From an uncultured Planctomycetales bacterium (GTDB lineage Bacteria > Planctomycetota > PLA2 > JAEUHO01): DNA of 34,216 nucleotides. Each line of letters starts with the position of its first letter. Positions within the stretch are counted from its first letter, which is position 1. Both the position numbers and the translations under genes were made by a program. The notes under the pieces were generated by a model. It was given only the letters and a program-made list of their open reading frames with translations, was not told where the DNA came from and made no database searches. The stretch is from contig CAZPOZ010000002.1 of NCBI GenBank assembly GCA_964588235.1, forward strand, positions 1 through 34,216. Reading direction: 5' to 3'. This document shows positions 8,171 to 15,764 of this stretch, one piece after another.

Positions 8171-11100
8171 CTACCGCGCCTCGCCGCCCAGGAGGCGCCG
8201 GACCACCGGGTCGTCCTTCAGGCCCTCGAGCTCCTGATCCGGGCCTCCGAGAAGCTGGTGCAAGTAGGTGCGTGCCGACTCCTCGAGGCCTCGCGCCACG
8301 GCGGCCCGGATGCAGGCTGCCAGCGCCTTCCGACGCCAGGCACCGCCGGACTCGCCCCGGAGCAGTCGCGAGAGGTAGGACTCGACGGCTTGCAGGGGGC
8401 CCGAGTGGCGGGCGGCGGCCTCGAGCAGCTCGGCGGGTGACAGGTCGTCGGGCGGGGGGAGAGGCCTCCCATCCGCCACAGGCAGCTGAGCTTGACCCAA
8501 GGCCTCGCGGGCTGCGCGCAGGAGGTCCCCGTGCTCGGCATGGTCTAGCAGCGCCCTCGCGGCCAGAGCGACGACCAACTCCGGGTCGCACGCTACCAGC
8601 GGGCGGTCCTCATCGCGCCCGACCAGCTCGAGGAGCACCCCTGCCCGCTGCTCGATGCAGGCGAGGGCGAGTTCGCGCAAGGACACGGGGTGGGGTCCTA
8701 CGATGAGCCTCGCCAGTCGATGGTCCACGGAGGTCGATTCCGGCCGCGACTCCACCGCGCGGATCACGTCAGCCGCCCCTGCGCCTCGCTCCCCGGGCCG
8801 GTTGCGTAGCCTCTCCAGCTCCTGCTGCAACAGGTCCGCCTCCGGGGGAGGCTCCGGGGGCTGCAGGATGGAGCACCCCCGCAAGCACTCCCCCTCGAAG
8901 CCCGCCTCGAGCAGCACGACCCGCGTCAGGTCGCTCCAGGGCGTGCGTTTCGGAGTTGCCCACAGCCCGACGCGGTACGCCCCGGGTCGGAAGCCCTGCG
9001 AGCTGGGGATCGCACAACGTCCCAACTCCTCGCCCGTGATCTCGTCCCGGCATAGGAACTCGGTCTGGCCGAGACGGCTGTCAAAGTCGATCCTGAGCAG
9101 CAGGGGGCGGTCCTTGCGCCACGGCGGCCTCTCCCGCCCGGCCAGCTCGCGGCGATCCACGGCCTGCGATGCTCGATACGAAGCCCCGAGCCCGCGCGAG
9201 GAGGAGTCCGTCCACGAGAGCGTGATCCACGCCGAGTCGTCCTCCTGACCCTCCCGCTCCCGCACATCGGGAGACGAAGCCTGCGACACCGCAAGGCACA
9301 GCTGTGAGCCGTACGCCTGCGTTCGAACGAGCAGGCGGGCCCATGCGCGCAACCTGCGGGGCGCCGACTTGAACTCGACGTCGAAGCCCAGCGAGTCCTC
9401 GCGTTGGCCATGCAACGTGCACTCGAGCCCTTCGCCGTCCGCCGCCCGCGTCGCGAGGCCCGGGCGTGAGCCGACCCACTCGGCGGGGGGACGCCACGCG
9501 CCCGTCAGTGCGTACCGGCGCTCGAGTCCCGGCCCCAATGGCGCGAGGCGCTTCAGCGCTTCGTAGGCCTCCTCGCGCAAGCTCGGTGCTGCCTCGGCCT
9601 CCACGCCGGTCGTCCCTCGCTGCGGCAGCGCATTCAGCAGGAGCACTGCCTCACGGTACAGACCGAAGGCATCCTCGGCGCGGTGGCTGGCCCTGGCGAG
9701 GCGTGCCTCGAGGCACAGGCGGAGAGGCGGGGAGAGCGCGCCCCTCCGGGCTGCTTCGTCGAGCGCGCTGCGCGCTGCGTCGAATCGCCCCGCCTTGAGC
9801 CAGCTGGCGACCACCTCGCACCACACTCTCGTGGCCGATCCCCTCCACGTCGGATGCCTTGCAGCCAGCGCCTGGACTGTGGCCGACGCGTCGGCGTGGT
9901 CGGCGCCCCGGAGACCCGCCGCAAGGGCCCGAATCAGGGCTTGGCGCTGCGTCTCTCCGCGGGCGGCTGTAGCGTCATCCGCCGGACGGCCGTCGGCGCC
10001 GGTCACATCGGGGGAACGGCCTACGACGACCACGTGGTCGGTGCACGAGACCGCCACCTGCTCGCCCGCGACCCCCGACACGAGGCGACCGACGGCGATC
10101 CCGCCCCGACCGTCGATCAGTCGGACGCCGGGAACCACGAAGGCAACCGCCTGGGCGCGCCCGAGGGCGCGCAGCTCGAGGCCTCCACGCGTACCACGTT
10201 CGCCCGCATCGACCCACCAGAGGCTGGCGAGCGCACGTGTGCCGTCCCCGATCGCCACCTCACCGCCGACCGTGAATCTCCAGTGAACCCCGGCCGAGGC
10301 GAGCCCACCCTCCTGCGACCGGTACAGAGCACGTGGCGCCGTGCGGAGGGGGCGGAGTGATCCTGCCAGCGGGTCGCGGACGTAGATGCCTGGCCCGTGT
10401 GCGAGGAAGTCGTCCAGCACGGGCTCGTAGCTGGTGACGGGAGCGTAGGAGTGCGCGAAGTAGAGGCCGGCAGCCTCCCCCGGGGGCGAGTAGCACGAGC
10501 AGAGCGAAGCGACCACTCCGATGCGCGGCTCCTGGATGCGCACCAGTGAGCCGAGGGAACCATCCCAGTGTGATCGAAGCAGGCGGTAGCCGAGGGGACC
10601 TCGATCCCAGCCCCCCGTGCCCAGCACGAGCGTCGGCGGAGCACCGAGGGGATGCTCCGTCGCCGCGTCCAGGACGTCCACCCGCGGGTGCTCGCCCACG
10701 CGGAGCGCCGCCAAGTCGCCCAGCCGTCCCTGCGACCAAACGCGACCGTCGCTGTCGAGGATCTCGATGCCTCGTGAGAGCGCAGCGAAGGTCAACACCA
10801 GCTCGGGGTCGTCGTCGCCATCCACGTCAAGCAGGTGCGGCCGGGGAGGCCCCGAGCCGCCCGACCACAGGAGCCTCTCCTGGCCGCTCGCGAGCTCGAC
10901 CTCATACACGACGCCGCGCCGCCGCGTGGGGTCCTCTTGGTCGAAGCCGCCGACGATCACGCACCCAGGCCGCGCCGCCGGGGAGAGCCGCCCTGAGAAG
11001 ACAGAGACGCGCATCGGGACGCGCGTTGCGGCCGTGTCCTCGGCAGCCCAGCGGTGGACGCCCCCGTCGCTGGTCGCGATGAGCAGGACCGCGTCGGGGC

Positions 11101-13276
11101 CGGAGGCGATCGCGCAGAGATCGGTAGCGTTCTCCAGCGGGAGGGTGCGGAGGACGGCGAACCGCGCAAGCTGCACCGCAGCCTCCGCGAGCGCCGGAGG
11201 CGCTCCCTTCCAGGCGGCGAGGTAGCCCGCGCCGTCGCCGGTCCAGCCCGCTGCCTCGGCGGCGCAGACCCGGTCTTCCAGCGTCACCGAGCGCGCCTGC
11301 CTCAGGAGCGCTCCACCTGCCTCGAACACGCCGAGGCGCGAGAGCGCACGGGCCGCCTCGCGGCTGAGCGGTTCCAAGCAGCGGTCGGGCGCCTCCAGCA
11401 GGGTACGCGCGGTGGCGAGCGCCAGCCCGCGCACGTCGCCCTTCTGCACGTGGGCTGCCGCGACGAGCCGAAACAGCCGTTCGTGCACCGCACGCTCCTC
11501 CTGCGGCCCCAGGGCTCCACCGGCGGCGGCCTCCCCTGCGCGAAGCTGCGCCCCTTCGGCCTCACGAAGCGCGGCGTCGGCTGAGAACGTCCGGACGCAT
11601 CGTTCGGCGACCTCCAGGCGCTCGTCCGCGGCTGCCCGCAAGCCGCGCAGGCGCGCCCGCTCGGCGAGCCAGAGGACGGCGGCGACAGCGCCCGCGACGG
11701 CGAGGGCGATCGCGAGCGGCCATCGCAGCGCTCTCCAGGCCTGCTCTCGCACGCCGCGCGCCCGTAGGCGTTCGACCTCCCTCCGCAACGGATGCTCGGG
11801 CGCGGGCAGGCCGCGCAGGCGCGCGACCTCCTGGATGAGCACTGCGGCGTGCTGAGCGCCGCGGATGCGCTGATCGCCGCGACCGCGGCGCGCCTCCTCG
11901 AGGGCCGATCGGGCCCCCTGTTCCAAGCGCTCGACCTCCCGCGTTCTGGCGTCGGCTGCCTGCCATGCCCGGATGCCATCGGCCAACAGGCCCGCATGGG
12001 CGGGTCGGTCGTGCGGGCGCCACGCGAGCGCCGCAGCCGCGATGGAGCCGAGACCCGGCGGTACGAGAGCGTCCACCGCGCATGGATCGGAGGTCGCGGT
12101 TGGGTCACCCTCCGTCACCCACTCACGCCAGGGGCGCTGGCCGTGCGGCAGTCGCCCGGTCAGGATCTCGTACAGAACGGCCCCCAGGCTGAAGACGTCG
12201 GCGCGGGCGTCGCCCGCGCCACGCTCCCCACGCGCGAGCTCGGGGGCCATGTACCCCGGCGTGCCGATCACGGCCAACTCCGTCGTATCTCCCGATTCGA
12301 GGCGGTGCACCGAGACCTCGTGTCGTCCAGCCGGATCGGCTGCAACGGGCACGTCCACGAAGCGGGCCAGCCCCCAGTCCAACACGATGACCTCCCCGTG
12401 CTCACCCAGGGCGATGTTGCCAGGCTTGAGGTCCCGGTGCATCACGCCCCGCGCGTGCGCGTGGTCCACCGCATCGCACACCTTCAGGAATGGCTCGAGC
12501 AGGGCGAGCCGGGCCGCCAGGTCCCCGGTGCGCAGGTCATGGATCGCGTCGGCGAGCGTCCGGTCGCCGTTCACGAAGCGCATCGTGTAGAACGGCATCC
12601 CGCGGGGCGTACGTCCCAACTCATGGATCGGCACGATGCCGGGATGCTCCAAGCTCGCGGTGATCCACGCCTCCTGCAGGAAGCGTGCCACCAGCGCCCC
12701 GTAGTGCGCCGCGCTTGCGGCTCCCAGCGAGGCAGGGTCCGCATCGTACGGTGAGGCAGGGCTGGGCCCCGGCGTGCCATCGACGCGCGGGGGGCGGATC
12801 ATCTTCAGGGCGACGAATCGCCGGAGGTCGGTGTCGTAGGCCATGTAGACCACGCCCATCCCGCCTTCACCGGCGATGACGAAGTCGGTGAAGCGTTCGT
12901 CGCTCACCGTTCGCACGCCTTCGATCGCGCGCGTCGGATCGGCATCCGCCGTCGCCACCCCCGGGATCGAGCGCGTCTCCGCTCGACCCACCCGCGTCCG
13001 GCGGAGGAGCGCTCTCCAGGGCCGGCCGTCCGCGCTTGCAAGCAGCTCCCCCAAGCGCTGCTCGACGAGCGCCTGGGCGCGCTCCGCGTTCCCTCCCGGC
13101 AGCGTCGGTAGCGGCGAACTCCGACCGACCGGATCCACCCACCGGCTGCGCAGCGATTCCGCCACCTGCTGGCGGGTTGCCAAGCCCAGCTCCAGCACGA
13201 GGTCGGCCCAGAGCAGGTCGCGGGCCCTGCTGACGGCGTCGCGCCCACCTTCGTCCAGCCCGGCTTCTACGTCCAT
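8171..13276 (-). CDS. membrane Ser/Thr protein kinase with a very large extracytoplasmic C-terminal region, 1701 aa
   Basis: Hanks kinase motifs seen directly: GEGGMGVVY (P-loop), VALKMI (beta3 Lys), HRDLKPGN (catalytic loop), DWG in place of DFG, GTPGYMAPE. Single predicted TM helix (WPLAIALAVAGAVAAVLWLA, about aa 519-537), followed by about 1160 aa containing an FG-GAP-like DVDGDDDPELV and TPR-like helices. Starts 30 nt after the ECF sigma stop. Confidence 0.9.
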   Translation of the reverse strand: MDVEAGLDEGGRDAVSRARDLLWADLVLELGLATRQQVAESLRSRWVDPVGRSSPLPTLPGGNAERAQALVEQRLGELLASADGRPWRALLRRTRVGRAETRSIPGVATADADPTRAIEGVRTVSDERFTDFVIAGEGGMGVVYMAYDTDLRRFVALKMIRPPRVDGTPGPSPASPYDADPASLGAASAAHYGALVARFLQEAWITASLEHPGIVPIHELGRTPRGMPFYTMRFVNGDRTLADAIHDLRTGDLAARLALLEPFLKVCDAVDHAHARGVMHRDLKPGNIALGEHGEVIVLDWGLARFVDVPVAADPAGRHEVSVHRLESGDTTELAVIGTPGYMAPELARGERGAGDARADVFSLGAVLYEILTGRLPHGQRPWREWVTEGDPTATSDPCAVDALVPPGLGSIAAAALAWRPHDRPAHAGLLADGIRAWQAADARTREVERLEQGARSALEEARRGRGDQRIRGAQHAAVLIQEVARLRGLPAPEHPLRREVERLRARGVREQAWRALRWPLAIALAVAGAVAAVLWLAERARLRGLRAAADERLEVAERCVRTFSADAALREAEGAQLRAGEAAAGGALGPQEERAVHERLFRLVAAAHVQKGDVRGLALATARTLLEAPDRCLEPLSREAARALSRLGVFEAGGALLRQARSVTLEDRVCAAEAAGWTGDGAGYLAAWKGAPPALAEAAVQLARFAVLRTLPLENATDLCAIASGPDAVLLIATSDGGVHRWAAEDTAATRVPMRVSVFSGRLSPAARPGCVIVGGFDQEDPTRRRGVVYEVELASGQERLLWSGGSGPPRPHLLDVDGDDDPELVLTFAALSRGIEILDSDGRVWSQGRLGDLAALRVGEHPRVDVLDAATEHPLGAPPTLVLGTGGWDRGPLGYRLLRSHWDGSLGSLVRIQEPRIGVVASLCSCYSPPGEAAGLYFAHSYAPVTSYEPVLDDFLAHGPGIYVRDPLAGSLRPLRTAPRALYRSQEGGLASAGVHWRFTVGGEVAIGDGTRALASLWWVDAGERGTRGGLELRALGRAQAVAFVVPGVRLIDGRGGIAVGRLVSGVAGEQVAVSCTDHVVVVGRSPDVTGADGRPADDATAARGETQRQALIRALAAGLRGADHADASATVQALAARHPTWRGSATRVWCEVVASWLKAGRFDAARSALDEAARRGALSPPLRLCLEARLARASHRAEDAFGLYREAVLLLNALPQRGTTGVEAEAAPSLREEAYEALKRLAPLGPGLERRYALTGAWRPPAEWVGSRPGLATRAADGEGLECTLHGQREDSLGFDVEFKSAPRRLRAWARLLVRTQAYGSQLCLAVSQASSPDVREREGQEDDSAWITLSWTDSSSRGLGASYRASQAVDRRELAGRERPPWRKDRPLLLRIDFDSRLGQTEFLCRDEITGEELGRCAIPSSQGFRPGAYRVGLWATPKRTPWSDLTRVVLLEAGFEGECLRGCSILQPPEPPPEADLLQQELERLRNRPGERGAGAADVIRAVESRPESTSVDHRLARLIVGPHPVSLRELALACIEQRAGVLLELVGRDEDRPLVACDPELVVALAARALLDHAEHGDLLRAAREALGQAQLPVADGRPLPPPDDLSPAELLEAAARHSGPLQAVESYLSRLLRGESGGAWRRKALAACIRAAVARGLEESARTYLHQLLGGPDQELEGLKDDPVVRRLLGGEAR

Positions 13277-13306
13277 CGTGGGCTCACTCGACCTGGGCGC
13301 GGGGAG

Positions 13307-14038
13307 TCACGGCAGGTATCGGGCCAGGGCACGCCACTCCTCTCGGAACTGCACCTCGTCGCCGACGGTCGCAGCCAGTTCCTCCTCGAACAGCGCGGCG
13401 AACCTGCGACGGGCGCGGTGGCGAAGCACGGGCACCTGCTGCTCGCGCATCCGGAGATGCGCGGCCAAGTCCGAGCTGCCCGCACCCTGAGTGCGGATCA
13501 GATCGTCGATGACCGTGAGGTACCGATCGGACTCCGCGGCCAGGCGCCGTCGCGCGCGTTCGACGGCCACTTCCGCCCAGGTGCGATCGAACGCGTCGAT
13601 GTCCGCCCGCTCGCCGGCGACCAACTGGCCCGCGCCGGAGGCGTCCAACCGGAGTGACCTCGAGCTGGGAGGGGACGCGCGACGGGCCGCACGCTCGTAC
13701 CTCACCCTGTTCCGCACGAATCGTCTCAGCAGGATCTGGATGAACGCCCTGAACGGGCCCCGTCCGGGGTCCGCGCGCGAGAGCCAGCCCTTCGCGGCGC
13801 AGTCCCCGAGGAAGTCCTGCACCACGGCGTGGGCCTCCTCTTGCGAGCAGGGTCGTGCGCGCCGTCTGGCCAGCGAGCGCCGCACGTACTCTTGCATCGG
13901 TCGTTCATATGCCGCCACGAGGTAGGCCCAGCCATCCTCCCTGCGCCTCCCCGTGGCCGTGTCGAGGGCGCCGATCACGGACCAGCGCGTGTCGGCCCAC
14001 GCCGCCCCGCCTCGTGCCGGCTCGTTCAAGATGCCCAT
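13307..14038 (-). CDS. ECF-type RNA polymerase sigma factor, kinase-associated (ECF43-like), about 243 aa (alternative starts at 14059 and 14107)
   Basis: N-terminal TRWSVI motif. Sigma-2-like segment (AVVQDFLGDCAAKGWL ... PFRAFIQILLRRFVRNRVRYE). Sigma-4 HTH-like segment (SSDLAAHLRMREQQVPVLRHRARRRFAALF). GAGG lies about 9 nt upstream of the ATG at 14038. No anti-sigma gene is adjacent; a Ser/Thr kinase gene sits immediately downstream instead. Confidence 0.75.
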   Translation of the reverse strand: MGILNEPARGGAAWADTRWSVIGALDTATGRRREDGWAYLVAAYERPMQEYVRRSLARRRARPCSQEEAHAVVQDFLGDCAAKGWLSRADPGRGPFRAFIQILLRRFVRNRVRYERAARRASPPSSRSLRLDASGAGQLVAGERADIDAFDRTWAEVAVERARRRLAAESDRYLTVIDDLIRTQGAGSSDLAAHLRMREQQVPVLRHRARRRFAALFEEELAATVGDEVQFREEWRALARYLP

Positions 14039-14245
14039 GCTCGCCGACCTCAACACCATGTACTCCGACAGGGTAGCGAGGTCCGCCCGGGGCTGCAATC
14101 CGGCCATCCTCCTCGCCGCCTGGAGGCCGGGCGGCCTGCGTGGGCCGAGGGGAGGTGTGTGCGCCGCGTGACCAACCGGGGGTGAAATCGTAGGCAATCT
14201 CCTGCCATGTACGGGGTGCGGGGGGCCCCGCCCCGGAGAGTGCCG

Positions 14246-15271
14246 ATGATCAGCCAGCCGCGCCCCTTTCCTGCTCAGGACGCCAGCACGGGGGGGAGCC
14301 GCCGCGCTCCAGCCGCCGGGCTCGTGCTCGTGCTTGCCTCCTTTGCCCTGGGCTGCGGCGGAGGAGGCGGCGAGGGGCCGCCCCCGCAGCCGGAGGCGGC
14401 ACCCGCTCCACTGCCCACGAACTGCCGGCTGGCCGCCCTGTTGACCTCCCTTCCAGCGCCGCTCTCGCCCCCGTTCGACCCCGAGATCCGGGCCTACGTC
14501 CTGGGGCCCGTGCTCGACGCTCAGGTCTCGGTGACCGCTACGCCCGAAGATGGCTCCGCGACCGTGCAGGTGGGGGGGCTCCCTGCTCCGGCCGGAGGCG
14601 GCTCCTCAGCCATCGACCTGCAGGTGGGTTGGAACAGCGTCGCCGTGACGGTGACCGCGGGTGACGGCGTGTCCGCCTGCATCACGACGCTGCTCGTCCA
14701 GCGGACGGCCTGCGCGCAGCCGACGGGACTCCCCTTCGCGGAGGAGTTCTCCGACCCCCTGGCCTGGACGGCCAGTGGAGCGTCCGTCGCCCTAACTCCG
14801 GAGGGTCTGCTCCGCATCGCGCCCGACATGAGTCTGAATGACTTCGCCGATCGGGCCGTCTGCTTCGACTTGACCCAGGTCCCGCTCGTGATCGAGGCGC
14901 GCCTCAAGCTCGTGTCGGGCGGCTCCAACTACCGCTTGCCCTACCTCGCCATCGAGTTCGAAGATGGCAACACGGTGCAGGCGACCTACTTGACGGCGCC
15001 GTTCGGCTGGGCGTTCGACGGGTGGACCGACTTCCACGGATCGGCCGTGCCGGGGGAAAACCACTGGGCGGTGTTGAGGCTGACGCTCACATCCGGGGGC
15101 GGCACGCTGAGCGTGAAGCCGGACGACTTGGACCGCGGATGGCACAGCGAGGACTACGCGCAGGTTGCTCAAGCCACATGGGCCCACGAGCGCGTCACTC
15201 GGCTGCGCTGCGAACAGCCCTGGGATTCGGACTGCCTGGTCGACTGGGTTCGGATCCATCGGGCACCCTGA
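14246..15271 (+). CDS. lipoprotein with cadherin-like beta-sandwich domain and C-terminal lectin/LamG-like domain, about 341 aa (alternative start 14207)
   Basis: Lipobox LASFALGC followed by a Gly/Pro linker. LSPPFDPEIRAYVLGPV...VSVTATPEDGSATVQV...LQVGWNSVAVTVTAGDG resembles the cadherin-like beta-sandwich domain pattern. GGAGAG lies 6 nt before the ATG at 14246. Divergent from the sigma factor gene. Confidence 0.7.
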   Translation: MISQPRPFPAQDASTGGSRRAPAAGLVLVLASFALGCGGGGGEGPPPQPEAAPAPLPTNCRLAALLTSLPAPLSPPFDPEIRAYVLGPVLDAQVSVTATPEDGSATVQVGGLPAPAGGGSSAIDLQVGWNSVAVTVTAGDGVSACITTLLVQRTACAQPTGLPFAEEFSDPLAWTASGASVALTPEGLLRIAPDMSLNDFADRAVCFDLTQVPLVIEARLKLVSGGSNYRLPYLAIEFEDGNTVQATYLTAPFGWAFDGWTDFHGSAVPGENHWAVLRLTLTSGGGTLSVKPDDLDRGWHSEDYAQVAQATWAHERVTRLRCEQPWDSDCLVDWVRIHRAP

Positions 15272-15339
15272 GCGCGGCGGTCGCCGAAGCCCGAGTCCTC
15301 GCGCCTACCCTCCTCCCGTCCGGCTGGCGGCCGCGCAGC

Positions 15340-15382
15340 GTTGGCCCTCCCTTGCGGGCGGCCCCTGGGACTGAGGGCCAAC
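15340..15382 (+). terminator. candidate stem-loop downstream of the lipoprotein gene (10-bp perfect stem, no U-tract)
   Basis: GTTGGCCCTC (15340-15349) is the exact reverse complement of GAGGGCCAAC (15373-15382), with a 23-nt loop. It lies about 70 nt after the stop at 15271. The right arm overlaps the left direct repeat of the MITE-like element. Confidence 0.25.
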
Positions 15383-15620
15383 GCCACCAAGATAGGCGAT
15401 GCGAGGCACGTGCGGCGCGCTGGAGCCGGGCGCTCAGGCCGCTTCCTCCTCCTTGCGCAGGCCGCAGGCGCGTCGTCGTCGTCATCGGCCTTCCGCTACC
15501 GGCCCAGCGCGCCGGCCGCTTGGGTACGGCCTGCAGAGGCCATCCATAGGGCCTTCCGCAGGAGAGGTCTCGCCCTCCGAAGGACCCTACCCCTAGCTTG
15601 GTGGCCATGGGACTGAGGGC
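15366..15620. mobile_element. MITE-like non-coding element: 229-bp body (15379-15607) flanked by 13-bp direct repeats, with imperfect terminal inverted repeats
   Basis: TGGGACTGAGGGC occurs at 15366-15378 and again at 15608-15620. CCACCAAGATAGG (15384-15396) pairs with CCTAGCTTGGTGG (15592-15604), 12/13 complementary. An internal 10-bp perfect long-range complement joins GGCGCGCTGG (15414-15423) and CCAGCGCGCC (15504-15513). No ORF with coding character. Confidence 0.3.
15401..15496. repeat. copy A of a direct repeat of at least 96 bp (partner at 34121-34216)
   Basis: Gap-free alignment to 34121-34216 with 92/96 identities (mismatches at 15407, 15408, 15441, 15454). Lies inside the MITE-like element. 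Confidence 0.9.
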
Positions 15621-15643
15621 AGAGCGTGCCCGGCTCTCCCCCC

Positions 15644-15673
15644 TTGACAGGCCGGTCGGGCCCGCGCTAGAAG
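15644..15673 (+). promoter_or_regulatory. candidate sigma-70-type promoter for the cas operon
   Basis: Perfect -35 hexamer TTGACA at 15644-15649, rare in this GC context. After 17-18 nt comes a weak -10 (CTAGAA/TAGAAG, 15667-15673). About 95 nt upstream of the cas7 ATG. Confidence 0.2.
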
Positions 15674-15764
15674 CCCGCCATGCTGCAAGGGCGGTGACGG
15701 GCCTGGGAGGGCCCGGCCCGGGTGGCGCCAGGGGCCTTCAGGGGCTCGATGGGAGGCAGGGACG

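Noticed and set aside
8171-15271. Idea that the sigma/kinase/lipoprotein module is a CRISPR-associated signalling or defence accessory
   Set aside because: The only evidence is adjacency. The module is separated from the cas operon by a terminator-like hairpin and the repeated element. It lies outside the repeat-bracketed segment, and such sigma-kinase pairs are common stand-alone modules. I keep it only as a neighbourhood note.
15384-15605. Possible known structured RNA (RNase P RNA, tmRNA, SRP RNA, 6S RNA, riboswitch) in the repeated element
   Set aside because: The minus strand has GGAGGAGGAAGCGGCC...CCCGGCTCCAG and a GACGACGACGAC run that superficially recall the RNase P P3/P4 region. 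However, the invariant GAGGAAAGTCCGGGCTCC block is absent and about 220 nt is too short. There is no tRNA-like acceptor/T-arm or alanine-rich tag reading frame with a stop, which rules out tmRNA. There is no SRP GGAAGCAGCC-type motif. I could not run covariance models, so an unknown RNA class is still possible (see findings).
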